From Malacoraja senta (taxonomy: Eukaryota): a stretch of DNA of 64,000 bases. The stretch covers positions 1 through 64,000 of the forward strand of contig CM075994.1 in the NCBI GenBank assembly GCA_038087875.1, written 5' to 3'. The position numbers and the translations under genes are program-made. This document shows positions 49,029 through 63,126 of the stretch, one piece after another. Below the pieces are notes generated by a model. That model saw only the letters and a list, made by a program, of their open reading frames with translations, was not told the origin of the DNA and made no database searches. Numbering within the stretch: position 1 is the stretch's first letter; each line of letters opens with the position of its first letter.

Positions 49029-49550
49029 TTAGAGTATTGTGCTCACTTCTGGGCACCATGTTACAGGAATAATGTTGTCAAGCTGGAAAGGGTACAGAGA
49101 ACATTTATTGCAATGTTGCCAGGACTAGATGGTCTGAGCTATAGGTTTAGTAGGCTGGGACTATATCCCTTGGAGCGCAGGAGGATGAGGGTGATCTTAT
49201 AAAGGTGTATAAAATCATGAGAGGAATAGAGTCTCTTGCCCAGAGTAGATGACTCGAAGACCACAGGATATAGGTTTAAGGTTAAGGGGGAAATATTTAA
49301 TAGTAATCTGAGGGGTAATGTTTTCACACAAAATGTGGTTGGTGGATAGAACAAGCTGCCAGAGGAGGTAGTTGCAGCAGGGACTATCCCAACATTTAAG
49401 ATACAGTTGGACAGGTACATGGATAGGACAGGTTTGGAGGAATATGGACCAAATGCAAACAGGTGGGACTAGTGTTGCTGGGCATATTGGCCTGTAGTTA
49501 AGTTGGGCTGACGGGCATGTTTCCATGCTGTATCACTCTATGACTCTGTG
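49029..49550 (+). mobile_element. CR1 3' fragment
   Basis: EYCAHFWAP..KLERVQR; (CTATGACT)n tail. Confidence 0.85.
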
Positions 49551-50096
49551 ACAAAGAGAGGAGAAGAATGTTCATTTACTCGTGGGAACAACAATCACGA
49601 GGAAATATGTGAGCAGGAGGGGAATTACCTGGGTTGCCATATCTGTGGAATTCTCTGCCACAGAAGGCAGTGGAGGCCAATTCACTGGATGTATTCAAGA
49701 GAGAGTTGGATATAGCTCTAAGGGCTAACGGAATCAAGGGATATGGGGAGAAAGCAGGAACAGGTTACTGATTCTGGATGATCAGCCATGATCATATTGA
49801 ATGGCGGTGCTGGATGGAAGTTATTCCTGCAACTATTTTCTATGTTTCTATATCCAGAAATGAAAAACAGTCCCATAATTTAGTTTCTCCAAACGGTACA
49901 CAAACAGCGCCTAAGGCAGAGCAGGAGTGGTACACAGGTCTGGGGTAATATACAATTAATGTACATTGTGGACTTACTTGGGCACTGACCTCATATGTAA
50001 TGGTTTGAAGATTACCATGAAGATGATAGAAAATAGCATAAGAAATCGGACACAAAATGCTGGAGTAACTCAGGCAGCATCTCTGGAGAGAAAGAA

Positions 50097-50133
50097 TGGG
50101 TGACGTTTCGGGTCGAGACCCTTCTTCAGACTA
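50097..50133 (-). ncRNA. Minimal hammerhead ribozyme motif in a Penelope-derived repeat (best-preserved copy)
   Basis: Minus strand reads AGU CUGAAGA A GGGUC-UC-GACCC GAAAC GUC ACCC: CUGANGA and GAAA core, palindromic stem II, minimal stem III and GUC triplet. Confidence 0.6.
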
Positions 50134-50384
50134 GTTAACGAAAAGAGAGGTATAAATGAGGGTGTTGAGAGATAGAGAACAATGAATGAAAGATATGCAA
50201 AAAAGTAATGATCATAAAGGGGAACAGGCCATTGCTAGCTGTTGGTTAGGTGAAAACGAGAAGCTAGTGCGACTTGGGTGGGGGAAACATAGAAACATAG
50301 AAAATAGGTGCAGGAGGAGGCCATTCAGCCCTTCGAGCCAGCACCGCCATTCATTGTGTTCATGGCTGATCGTCCCCAATCAAA

Positions 50385-53300
50385 TTTCTAGGGCATTGGA
50401 ACCAGTTCTGTGGGAGGTGGGACCAGTACAAACAGGATGGTCTGCACCTGGGCTGGAATGGAACCAATATCCTTGGGGTGGTGTTTGCTAGTGCTGTCGG
50501 GGAGGATTTAAACTAATGTGGCAGGGGGAATGGGAGCATGAGCAGAGAGACAGAGGGGTGTAAAATGAGGGTAGAAGCAATAGGTAGCAAGGTGAAAAGT
50601 AAAAGTGGCAGGCAGAAAAATCCAGGGCAAAAATCAACAAGGGCCACTTTTCAACATAATTGTATAAGAGGTAAGAGTGTTGTAAAAACAAGCCAGAAGG
50701 CTTTGTGTCTCAATGCAAGGAGCATTCGTAATAAGGTGGATGAGTTGAATGTGCAGATAGTTATTAATGAATATGATATAGTTGGGATCACGGAGACATG
50801 GCTCCAGGGTGACCAAGGCTGGGAGCTGAACATCCAGGGATATTCAATATTCATGAGGGATAGACAGAAAGGAAAAGGAGGTGGGGTAGCAATGCTGGTT
50901 AGAGAGGAGATTAACGCAGTGGAAAGGAAGGACATTAGCTTGGAGGATGTAGAATCGGTATGGGTAGAGCTGCGAAACACTAAGGGGCAGAAAACGCTGG
51001 TGGGTGTTGTGTACAGGCCACCTAGAAGTAGTAGCGAAGTTGGGGATGGCATCAAACAGGAAATTAGAAATGCGTGCAACAAAGGCAAAACAGTTATAAT
51101 GGGTGACTTCAATCTACATATAGATTGGCTGAATCAAATTGGCAGGGGTGCTGAGGAAGAGGATTTCTTGGAATGTATGCGGGATAGTTATCTAAACCAA
51201 CATGTGGAGGAACCAACGAGAGAGCAGGCTATTCTAGACTGGGTATTAATGAGGAAGGGTTAGTTAGCAGTCTTGTTGTGCGTGCCCCCTTGGGCAAGAG
51301 TGACCATAATATGGTTGAGTTCTTCATTAGGATGGAGAGTGACATTGTTAATTCAGAAACAATGGTTCTGAACTTAAAGAAAGGTAACTTTGAGGGTATG
51401 AGACGTGAATTCGCCAAGATTGACTGGCAATTAGTTCTAAAAGGGTTGACGGTGGATATGCAATGGAAGGCATTTAAAGATTGCATGGATGAGCTACAAA
51501 AATTGTTCATCCCAGTTTGGCAAAAGAATAAATCAGGGAAGGTAGTGCATCCGTGGATAACAAGGGAAATCAGGGATAGTATCAAAGCAAAACATGATGC
51601 GTACAAATTAGCCAGAAAAAGCAGCATACCAGAGGACTGGGAGAAATTTGGAGATCGGCAGAGGAGGACAAAGGGCTTAATTAGGAAAGGGAAAATAGAT
51701 TATGAAAGAAAACTGTCAGGGAACATAAAAACTGACTGCAAAAGTTTTTATAGATATGTGAAGAGAAAGAGATTAGTTAAAACAAATGTAGGTCCCTTGC
51801 AGTCAGAAACAGGTGAATTGATCATGGGGAACAAGGATATGGCGGACCAATTGAATAACTACTTTGGTTCCGTCTTCACTAAGGAAGACATAAATAATCT
51901 GCCGGAAATAGCAGGGGACCGTGGGTCAATGGAGATGGAGGAACTGAGTGAAATCCAGGTTAGTCGGGAAGTGGTGTTGGGTAAATTGAATGGATTAAAG
52001 GCCGATAAATCACCAGGGCCAGATAGGCTGCATCCCAGAGTACGTAAGGAAGTAGCTCCAGAAATAGTGGATGCATTAGTGATAATTTTTCAAAACTCTT
52101 TAGATTCTGGAGTAGTTCCTGAGGATTGGAGGGTAGCAAACGTAACCCCACTTTTTAAGAAGGGAGGGAGAGAGAAAACGGGGAATTACAGACCAGTTAG
52201 TCTAACATCGGTAGTGGGGAAACTGCTAGAGTCAGTTATTAAAGATGGGATAGCAGCACATTTGGAAAGTGGTGAAATCATTGGACAAAGTCAGCATGGA
52301 TTTACGAAAGGTAAATCATGTCTGACGAATCTTATAGAATTTTTCGAGGATGTAACTAGTAGAATGGATAGGGGAGAACCAGTGGATGTGTTGTATCTGG
52401 ACTTTCAGAAGGATTTCGACAAGGTCCCACATAAGAGATTAATATACAAACTTAAAGCACACGGTATTGGGGGTGCAGTATTGATGTGGATAGAGAACTG
52501 GCTGGCAAACAGGAAGCAAAGAGTAGGAGTAAACGGGTCCTTTTCACAATGGCAGGCAGTGACTAGTGGGGTACCGCAAGGCTCAGTGCTGGGACCCCAG
52601 CTATTTACAATTTATATTAATGAACTGGATGAGGGAATTGAAGGCAACATCTCCAAGTTTGCGGATGACACTAAGCTGAGGGGCAGTGTTAGCTGTGAGG
52701 AGGATGCTAGGAGACTGCAAGGTGACTTGGATAGGCTGGGTGAGTGGGCAAATGTTTGGCAGATGCAGTATAATGTGGATAAATGTGAGGTTATCCACTT
52801 TGGTGGCAAAAACAGGAAAGCAGACTATTATCTAAATGGTGGCCGATTAGGAAAAGGGGAGATGCAGCGAGACCTGGGTGTCATGGTACACCAGTCATTG
52901 AAAGTAGGCATGCAGATGCAGCAGGCAGTGAAGAAAGCAAATGGTATGTTAGCTTTCATAGCAAAAGGATGAGTATAGGAGCAGGGAGGTTCTACTGCAG
53001 TTGTACAGGGTCTTGGTGAGACCACACCTGGAGTATTGCATACAGTTTTGGTCTCCAAATCTGAGGAAGGACATTATAGCCATAGAGGGAGTGCAGAGAA
53101 GGTTCACCAGACTGATTCCTGGGATGTCAGGACTTTCATATGAAGAAAGACTGGATAGACTTGGCTTATACTCGCTAGAATTTAGGAGATTGAGAGGGGA
53201 TCTTATAGAAACGTATAAAATTCTTATGGGGTTGGACAGGCTAGATGCAGGAAGATTGTTCCCGATGTTGGGGAAGTCCAGGACAAGGGGTCACAGCTTA

Positions 53301-53596
53301 AGGATAAGGGGGAAATCCTTTAAGACCGAGATGAGGAAAAACTTTTTCACACAAAGAGTGGTGAATCTCTGGAACTCTCTGCCACAGAGGGTAGTTGAGG
53401 CCAGTTCATTGGCTATTTTTAAGAGGGAGTTAGATGTGGCCCTTGTGGCTAAAGGGATCAAGGGGTATGGAGAGAAGGCAGGTACGGGATACTGAGTTAG
53501 ATGATCAGCCATGATCATATTTAATGGCGGTGCAGGCTCGAAGGGCTGAATGGCCTACTCCTGCACCTATTTTCTATGTTTCTATGTTTCTATGTT
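50385..53596 (+). mobile_element. CR1 LINE: ORF1 C-terminus (esterase-like) plus near-complete ORF2 (APE endonuclease and RT) with two frameshifts
   Basis: ORF1 FLGHWNQF..DGLHL. ORF2 [45 protein letters not shown] across ORFs 50538-51263, 51278-52972 and 53001-53495. (TTCTATGT)n tail. Confidence 0.97.
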
Positions 53597-53609
53597 AATG
53601 ACTTCCACC

Positions 53610-54946
53610 CAGTTGCACCAAGTGCTTCGAGAGGCTGGTGCTGGCACACCTCAAAGGCTGCTACCTCCCACACTGGACCCCTATCAGTTTGCCTACCGCA
53701 AGAACAGGAGTACGGAGGATGCCATCTCAACGGCACTCCACTCCGCCCTCTCCCACCTCAACAACACAAACACCTACGTGAGAATGCTGTTCATCGACTA
53801 TAGCTCAGCATTCAACACCATTATCCCCTCAAAACTGATCACCAAACTCAGCGACCTGGGCATCAACCCCTCCCTCTGCAACTAGTTACTGGACTTCCAA
53901 ACTAACAGACCCCAGTCTGTTAGGTTGGACAACCACACCTCTTCAACCCTCACCCTGAACATCGGCGTTCCACAGGGCTGTGTACTGAGCCCCCTCCTCA
54001 ACTCCCTCTTCACCTACGACTGCACACCTGTACATGGTTCTAACACCATCATCAAGTATGCCGATGATACAACGGTGATTGACCTCATCAGCGACAACGA
54101 TGAGTCAGCCTATAGGGAGGAGGTCCAGCGCCTAGCAGCATGGTGCGCTGACAACAACCTGGCCCTTAACTCCAAGAAGACCAAGGAGCTCATTGTGGAC
54201 TACAGGATGTCTAGGGGCTGCACGCACACCCCCATCCATATTAACGGGACGGAGGTGGAACGTGTTTCCAGCTTCAGGTTTCTGGGGGTCAACATCTCTG
54301 ATGACCTCTCTTCGACCCACAATACATCAACACTGGTCAAGAAGGCTCACCAGCGTCTCTTCTTCCTGAGGAGACTAAAGAAGGTCCATCTGTCTCCTCA
54401 GATTCTGGTGAACTTCTACCGCTGCACCATCGAGAGCATCCTTACCAACTGTATCACAGTATGGTATGGCAACTGCTCTATCTCTGACCGGAAAGCACTG
54501 CAGAGGGTGGTGAAAACCACCCAACGCATCACCGGTTCCTCACTCCCGTCCATTGAGTCTGTCCAAAACAAGCGATGTCTGCGAAGGGCGCGCAGCATCG
54601 TCATGGACTGCTCTCACCCCAGCCACAGACTGTTTACCCTCCTCCCATCCGGGAGGCGCTACAGGTCCCTCCGTTGCCGAACCAGCAGGTTCAGGAACAG
54701 CTTCTTCCCTGCGGCTGTTACACTACTGAACTCTGCACCTCGGTGATTGCCAATCACCCCCACCCCCCCGGACACTCCTTCCCCCAGAATAATTGCACTA
54801 CTGATACTGCTGTACAAATATATATTTTACTGCTCATTATTCCTAAGTTCGCTCTTCTGGGTGAGATGCTAACTGCATTTCGTTGTCTCTGTACTGTACA
54901 CTGCACAATGACAATTAAAGATTGAATTGAATTGAATTGAATTGAA
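53610..54946 (+). mobile_element. Rex1/Babar LINE (5'-truncated)
   Basis: [44 protein letters not shown] motifs; in-frame TAG at 53883; (TTGAA)n tail. Confidence 0.93.
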
Positions 54947-54979
54947 CCATGTTACTGATGCACAGAAAGTTAAATACAA

Positions 54980-57900
54980 ATGGCTAACGGCAAGGTAAAA
55001 TTCATCTCTTTTAATGTGAATGGACTAACTAAACGCAGCAAAATTCCAGCTAAAATGAGGAAAGAACAAGCCCATATATTATACTTACAGGAAACCCATC
55101 TAAATGACAAAGAACACGAAAAACTTAAAAGAATGGGTTTCACTAACCTCTTTTTCTCCTCATATATATCGGGACGTAGGAGAGGAGTCACTACTCTCAT
55201 TTCAAGCAAGTTACATTTTGAGAAAGTATTTGAAATGAGTGATAAGGAGGGTAGATTTATTTTAGTAAGGGGGAATATAGATAGGAATCAAGTTACATTG
55301 CTGAATGTATATGCACCTCCTGGAAGCAGGGCCGGATTTACATATAAGCTAGACAAGCTTAAGCTTAGGGCCTCGAGATCTAGGGGGGCCTCGGCCCGCT
55401 CCACCAAGGTGTATAAAACTTTTGACATATTCGTATTTTCTGAGCCTTGTCATTTCAACAGTCAGGAGTGCTCGAGTCGGTGCGTGGCTGCAAGTTTAAC
55501 AATGTCAGAACCAGCTCCGACTGTGCCCAACCTGCCTGCTTCAGGGGAGAAGAGATAAGGCTCCGGGCAGTGTAAAGGGCGGGTGGGAACGAGCAGCCAC
55601 CCGCTACGATAGGCGGAACGGTCCTTTCTATAGTTAACCCTGCTCACAGTCTCTGATGGGGCCGGTTTCCTGCCCACCGGGACCTCCCGCTGACCCTGGC
55701 CACTCCACCGCCCTCCAGCCGCCCGCAGCCGTCGCATTACTTGCAGCCTGGACTCAACACTGGGCCTGAAGTTTCCACGCTGCAGACTCCGACTCCCTGA
55801 GTTTGACTGCGCTGGGTCCTAGTGCTAGTCATCCCCAACCCTGGTAACCTCAGTGGCTGTTCCACTGGGTCTTCCCCATTCTCAAACCACGTGACCCCAG
55901 CTCTTCCCCACCCACACTACAGTCCTCAGAACCCTCCACCCCCTGACCACCCACCACCCCCCACCAGACATCTCCTTGGCCTCAGCCCACTCACCTGCCT
56001 TCCTCCGGCCCCAACCCCCATCCCTGCCATGTGTTCACCATCTCCCCTGACCTCCCCCTCTCAGATACCGAATGGTCTGTCCGCAGCAGAGGCCTCACCT
56101 TTGTCCCCCTCCTTCCCCACCTCAATGAGTTCCGCGCCCTCTGCGATTTGGAGTTCTTCTTCCGAGGGCAGTCTTATGACAATGCTGCCAAGATGGCTGG
56201 TAGGTACAAGGGTATGCAGCAAAAAATCCTCGAAAAAAACAAATTTTCAAGATTTATTCCATGCGCTGCTCACTCATTAAATTTGGTGGGCCGTTCGGCT
56301 GTTGATTGCTGCCTTGATGCAGTGAACTGTTTTGGAATGATCAATGACATTTATACCTTCTTTTCATCCTCCACAAAGAGATGGGCAGTTCTAAAATCAT
56401 TTTTGCAACCTCAGTGAAAAGTGCCTAAATATTTGTTAGACACTAGCTGGGAGGCACATGCAAAAGCCACAGAAGCTATTTTGGAAAGTTACAGCGCTAT
56501 CACTGATGCCCTCAGTCATTTGTACTCTGATGTTAATGTGAAGGGTGATACCAGGCTTCAAGCTACCAATCTTTTGCAGAAAATGGAAGAACTGGAATTT
56601 GTGTTTATGTTGCATTTTTGGACCCGTCTGCTAGGTCATTTCCACAAAGTAAAGAAAGCCATTCAGAAATCCAAACTGTTATTGAGTACTTGTGCAAGTT
56701 TGTACAGTTCACGTCAGGATTTTGTAAGCAAAATTAGAGAAGATTTTGATGAGCTTGTGCAACAAGCAAAGGCCACCTTGCCAGATGTTAACTACAGAAC
56801 TATCACAGGGAGACAAAGAGACAAAAATCCTTTGCACAACAGTTTCCCTTTCTTGCTAATCTGACCGCATCTAAGCAAGAAATGCAGCAACGTGTTGAAC
56901 TGTTGATGGAAGCATACCCAGAAGATGTTGACCTGAAACTTACTGATGAATTTTTGCACTTTCACTCATACGTGAGACAAAGCCATAGGCATACAGAAGA
57001 GCACTCTCTGTCTCTTACAGACCGTTATCAAATACTATACAAGGAAACAATTCAGATGGCCTTCCCTAATGTGGAAGCAATCTTGCGGCTGTGTCTTAGC
57101 TTAATGGTCACCAACTGCTCGGGAGAGAGGTCTTTTTCAAGACTCAAAAGAATTAAAAATGAATTAAGGTCCACAATGTCTCAAGAGAGGCTGTCTGCAC
57201 TGAGCATTCTGTGCATTGAGAGTGACAAGCTTAGACAAACAGATCTTGGTGAACTTCTGGATGATTTTGCTATGAAGGCGAGAAAAAAACATTTTTGATC
57301 TTAGTGTATTTGTAGTATCTTTATTTCTTAATATTCCACATTCAATTCAAGAGACACTTATTGTCACATGCACCAATTGGTACAATGAAATTTGGGGTCA
57401 CCATCCGACGTCGGAACGGGAGAACATTCTCATCGGCTTGGACTTCCGAATCGGCCACTTCCTACCGGAGACCACGGCTCCCGAAGTCCACAGGCTGAGC
57501 TGGGTGGAGATTCACGCTGGCGGCCCTCGGCAAAGGGATCCCAGGGCTCCACGAGTTGAAATCAGCGCGGCCCGAGGCTGGGAGCTCCGCAAACCACAGC
57601 TCCATGATGTTGAAGCAGCAGGCCCAACACTCCAGAGCTTCAAAAGGCGATCCAGGTAAGGCATCGCCCGCTCCGCGGTGAATCCAATATGTATTTTAAA
57701 ACCAACTGTTTAATGACAACATACAGTAGGATCTAAAAGTGTCACACTGTCACTGTCGGGTAGTCATGGTCCTCTAGTCGTGGGGGTGGGGGATTGGGAG
57801 GGGGGGCCCTCACAAGTGAAATAGCTTAGGGCCTCTCTTCATCTAAATCCGGCCCTGCTTGGAAGTGATTTTAATTTCTTCCAGAGAATTATTAATATCA

Positions 57901-58810
57901 TGATGATGGAAATGGAAGGCCTTCTTATTTGTGGGGGGAGACCTAAATATACATTTACAACCAGAGCTAGACTCGTCCAGTAGAAAAACTCATGATACAA
58001 AGTCTTCACATAAGAAAGTCAAAACTCTTTTTAAAGAGGTCGGTTTAATTGATATATGGCGAGACCTTTTCCCCTATAGAAGGGATCACACCCATTACTC
58101 TGCCCCACACTCTCTATACACAAGAATATTTTATAACATTTGGAAAGGATAAAGATAAAATACACACCTGTGGAATTGGAACAATAGATTTAAGTGACCA
58201 TGCAGCTCTTTACCTATCTGTTGATTTAGACCTAAGTCCAAACAATGCTACATGGAAACTGAACTTGAGCCTAATCAATGATCTTAACTTTAAGGAACAA
58301 ATTAAAAAGGAGATGTCCCTATTTAGAACTCAATGATAACGGAGAGGTCTCTCCTATTTTGTGGGATGCTTTGAAGGCTGTTCTAAGAGGAAAAATTATA
58401 GCAATATCTTCATATAAGGAAAAAAAAGGAATAAAACACTTGAGGATTTGCAAAATAAGCTGAAGGAACTAGAAAGGAAACACAAATTGACGCTGGCATG
58501 GAATACATTGGAGGAAATTAGAAATACTAGAAATTAAATCAACAATCTGGCTGCACAAGAAATCACGAAAAAGTTAATGCTCCTTAAACAGAGGCATTAT
58601 GAAAGTGGTTCTAAATCTACGAAAGTATTGGCGTGGAAACTGTAAAAATAGATGGCTGAAAATACAGTTCACAGAATCAGAGACCCAAGAACAAAAATAT
58701 TGAAAAGTAAATTAAGTGAAATTCAGGAAGCCTTTGAAATATTCCACAGAACACTGTATTCTGAAATTCCAGGAGGTAGTCAAACTCAAGTAGACACATT
58801 TCTGAATTCC
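54980..58810 (+). mobile_element. L1-clade ORF2 5' part (endonuclease plus linker), split by a hAT
   Basis: KFISFNVNGL, YLQETHL, NVYAPPGS|...ICGGDLN, SDH, WDALKAVLRG motifs. Confidence 0.9.
55327..57857 (+). mobile_element. hAT transposon with degenerate transposase
   Basis: TIRs CAGGGCCGGATTTA / TAAATCCGGCCCTG; TSD CCTGGAAG / CTTGGAAG. RGQSYDNA, CAAHSLNL and CSGERSFSRLKRIKNELRSTMSQERL motifs at 56163-57298. Penelope 5' fragment at ~55790-56162 inside. Confidence 0.93.
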
Positions 58811-59919
58811 GTCAGATTTTCAGTTTCTCTTTTAGACACATTCACGTTGTGTAACTTGCAGCAGTTTTGAGAGGCACTAGAGACTGCAGATTCTGGAATC
58901 CCGAGCAAAGTGCACAGTGCTGGAGGAACTCAGCGGGTCAGGCAGCGTCTGTGGAGGGAATGGACAGACGGGACCGTTTATCAGGCTGATTGAAGTGGGG
59001 GAGGGGGGGAGAAAATTGGAAAGGAGGAGTGGGGTCAGGACAAAGTCTGGCAAGTAATAGGTGGAGGAAGGAACTGCAGATGCTGGTTTAAACCGAAGAT
59101 GGACACAAAAAGCCGGAGTAACTCAGCGGGTCACACAGACCGAGGGGTCTCAACCCCAAACGTCACCTGCTCCTTTTCTCCAGAGATGCTGTCTGACCTG
59201 CTGAGTTACTCCAGCTTCTTGTGTCTATCTTAAGTAATTGGTGGATACAGGTGAAGGGAGATGGGGAGGTGAATTGGCAAATGGGTGGAAAAGGCAACAA
59301 AGACTGGGGTGAAAGACAATGGATATTTTTAACAGAGATTGACAAATTCTCGATTTAGGGGTGTCAGAGGTTATGGGGCGAAGGCAGGAGAATGGGGTTG
59401 AGAGGGAAAGATAGATCAGCCATGATTGAATGGCGTAGTAGACTTGAGGGGCCGAATGGCATTATTCTGCTCTGAGAACTTATGAAGTTATGACATGATC
59501 AACTAGCACAGTGCAACATCATCATCATTTGCATTTTAACAGGCGTGTACTGAACTTCAAGCACTTACACAATTGCATGAAGGGGTGAAATGTAAAGCTG
59601 GAGGAAGGGGTATAGGTGGAAGGGGACAGGGGGGGAAATGGGATATAAGAAGGAAATGGGGGACTCAGGAGTTGGGAGATAAGGGACAGAAAGGGAATGA
59701 GGAGGAATGTCATCAGCCAGAGGGTGGTGAATCTGTGGAATTAATTGCCACAAACATCTGTGGAGGACGTTATTGGGTAACTTTAAGGTGGAGATTGATA
59801 GAGTCTTGATGAGTACAATTGTCAGCGGTTATGGGGAGAAGGCAGGAGAATGGGTTCAAGAGGGAAAGAATGACGGAGTAGACTCCTTGGGCCGAATGGT
59901 CTAATTCTCGCATGACTTA

Positions 59920-60874
59920 GCAATTCTCGCATAACCAATCAAATCTGTTTAACCTTACCCACTGCCTCGAGGATATAAAGTGTTGGATGGCCCAGAACTT
60001 CCTCCAACTAAACGAGAGTAAGTCTGAGGTCATCCTTCTCGGCCCCTCGGACTCAATCAAAATGATAGCAGGCAGCCTTGGAAGCCTTACCCCACTACTC
60101 AAACCTCACGTCAAAAACCTTGGCGTGATATTTGACTCAGCACTGAAATTTGACAAACAAGTCAATGCCGTGGTAAAAGCTAGCTTCTTTCAGCTTCTGA
60201 CGATAGCTAAAATAAAACAATTCCTCCAGTTTGATGACCTGGAAAAGATTATCCACACATTCATCTCCTCCTGCCTAGATTACTGCAACTCCCATTACAC
60301 TGGCATCAGCCAATCTTCCCTGTCCCACCTGCAACTGGTCCAAAACGCCAATCGCAGCGAGACTCCTGACGGGCACCCGAAAAAGGGACCGCATCACCCC
60401 GATCCTGGCCTCTCTCCACTGGCACCCTGTGCGGTTCCGTATAAACTTCAAGATCCTCCTCAATGTCTACAAAGCCCTCAATGGGCTTGCCCCCACCTAC
60501 ATAAAAAGTCTTCTCACCCACCACTCCACCTCCAGGTCCCTCAGATCCACCGACTTGGGGTTGCTGAATATCCCACGGTCTCGGCATAAGCTCAGGGGTG
60601 ACCGCGCCTTTGCGGTTGCAGCTCCTAGACTGTGGAACAGCATCCCCTTTCCCATCAGAACTGCCCCCTCCATCGACTCTTTTAAGTCAAGGCTAAATAC
60701 TTATCTATACTCCCAAGCCTTTCCTGACGTCCTCTGAGTGAGGGCTACATGTATATATGTATGTAGTTTGTTTTGTTTGTGCTATTCTTATAACAAATGT
60801 AAAGCACTTTGGCCAACGAGAGTTGTTTTTTAAATGTGTTATATAAATAAATGTGACTTGACTTGACTTGACTT
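59920..60874 (+). mobile_element. L2 LINE 3' part
   Basis: NFLQLNESKSEV, KNLGVIFD, LDYCNS, GDRAFAVAAPRLWNS, FKSRL motifs; (TGACT)n tail. Confidence 0.92.
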
Positions 60875-61265
60875 ATGAACATGAAATGCAGGAAGGAGGG
60901 GGTAGGAGCAGAGTGACCAAGGGGGAGGGATAAGGTGGGAGGTATGCATGGGAGTGGGGACGGGGAAATATGGGATGATTGGAGGAGGTGCTATTTGAAT
61001 TTTGAAAATTCAATGTTCGTACCATTGTCTTGCAAGCCAAGGAGTTTTGTGCATGCATGTGTGAAATTGCAAAACCATTGGTGATTTACAGTGGGGGTAC
61101 AAGTAATTTTCTTTGAAGTTAGACACAAAATGCTGGAGTAAGTCAGCGGGGACGGGCTGCATATCTGGAGAGAAGGAATGGGTGACATTTCGGGTCGACA
61201 CCCTCCTTCAGACTGAGTCAGCAGAGAGGGAGACACAGAGATAATGAAGTATAAGGTGTGAAAAC

Positions 61266-62961
61266 CTTAAAAACTCTAAAAAGAACACAGCTCCAGGGCC
61301 AGATAACATCTGTGGGGGGACCCTATGGCACTGTGCTGAGCAACTGGGAGGTGTTTTCCAGCATCTGTTCCAGGGCTCTTTGACCAGCAACACAGTCCCC
61401 GCGATGTGGAAAAACTCAACAGTGATTCCCATCCCCAAGAAGGGCACCACCAAGGTCCTGAATGACCTTAGACCGGTGGCTCTCACCTCCCTGGTCATGA
61501 AGGCCATGGAGAGGATCATCAAGGAGCACATCACCAAGGCAACTGGCTCCATGATGGATCCATTGCAGTTTGCTTACCAGGCTGGCAGGGGTGTCGATGA
61601 CGCAAAAATATTCATCTTAAACACCATCCATAAGCATCTGGAAATCCCCAAGACCACAGCCGGACTTCTGTTTGCAGACTTCTCATCAGCATTCAACACC
61701 ATGCAGCCACATATTTTGGCTGAGAAGCTCATCACCCGCTTCCACCTCAACCACCAACTCATTCTGTGAATTATAGACTTCCTCACTAACAGGTCACAGA
61801 GGGTGTTGGTGAACCATACCTTGTCCGACACCCTCTTCACCTTCACTGGCTCTCCACAAGGCTGTGTCCTCTCCCCACTTCTCTTCATTCTCTACACTGA
61901 TGACTGCAGATCCACCCAGCCAAACTGCCACTTTGTAAAATTTGCTGATGACACAGTCCTCCTGTCTCTGCTTCCCAGCCATACACAACATCATAGCTCA
62001 GCCCTGCAGGACTTTATTGTATGGTGTGAAAAGTCTTGTCTTGAGCTAAATATAAGCAAAACCAAGGACATGATTGTGACCTTTTCCCCCCAACAGAGAC
62101 AGATGGCTGAGGCAGCCACCACTATCATCCAGCAGGAGCCAGTGGAGATAGTGGAGGTATACAAATACCTGGGAACAGCCTTTGACAACCTGCTAAGGTT
62201 TTCCTATAACACAGAGGAAATCCTTAAAAAGTGCCATCAGAGACAGTACCTACTCAGGAAGCTGAAGTCATTTGGGATTAACAAAGACATTCTCACCACA
62301 TTCTACTACGCATTCATTGAAAATGTAATAACCTTCTCTTTCACTAGCTGGTTCCACTACATCACCCTGCAAAACAGAAACCGCCTGTTGAATGTGGTCA
62401 AGGTCTGCTCAAAAATCATTGAGCAGCCCGTCCGAACTCTCACTGCCCTATGCGACCAACAGTCTGGGAGGTTGACACGCAGGATTCTTCAGGACCCCTC
62501 TCACATCCTGTTTCCTGAGTTTGAGTGGCTCCCCTCAGGACGCAGACTTCGCTGTCCGGGTTGCCGGACACAGAGGAGGAAGGCAACCTTCATCCCCAGG
62601 GCTGTCCAGCTTCTTAATGCTGATCACTGACTCATGAACACATGAAATGAAATGACCTTCTATATGCACTTTTTAATTGAAGCAGTAAGGAAGTACTTTA
62701 AAAACTATTACTATGTGTTGAAACTATAACTATGTGTTGAATGTTGATGTGCTGTGTGTCTTATGTGATTGTGCAGTGTGTCTGAAATGCTTGTGTTGGT
62801 TGATTGTGCAGTATGCGTGCTGCTTATGTTTGTTGATTGTGTCCCTTTAAAAAAAAAAAAAAGCTACTGTACTGCGCCCTTTTAAATTGCCCCTCGGGGA
62901 CGAATAAAGTGCTTTGAAATTGAAATTGAAATTGAATTAAATTGAAATTGAAAATTGAAAT
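61266..62961 (+). mobile_element. Rex1/Babar LINE (5'-truncated) inserted in a Penelope-derived repeat
   Basis: APGPDNI, DLRPVALTS, FADFSSAFNT, PQGCVLSP, KFADDT motifs; in-frame TGA at 61767; (TTGAAA)n tail; TGAAAAC on both flanks. Confidence 0.93.
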
Positions 62962-63126
62962 TGAAAACGAGAGATCAAATGGGACAAAGCTCAAGGAAAA
63001 TGTGGAATGGATCATTGTTAGCAGAGAGGAAGGTGACAACGAGGCATACAATGTCAAATTTATCCAGGGGACAGTGAAGAATTGGGGGAGGAATGGAGAG
63101 AGAGGGAAAGCAAGGGTTACTTGAAG

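Noticed and set aside
50385..53596. Active full-length CR1
   Set aside because: Most of ORF1 and the 5'UTR are missing, and ORF2 is frameshifted near 51255 and 52970.
56031..57298. Host ZMYM1/THAP12-like gene
   Set aside because: Fragmented transposase bounded by TIRs and an 8-bp TSD inside an L1.
59527..59534. Octamer ATTTGCAT
   Set aside because: An isolated 8-mer is expected by chance in 64 kb, and no TATA or leader exon is nearby.
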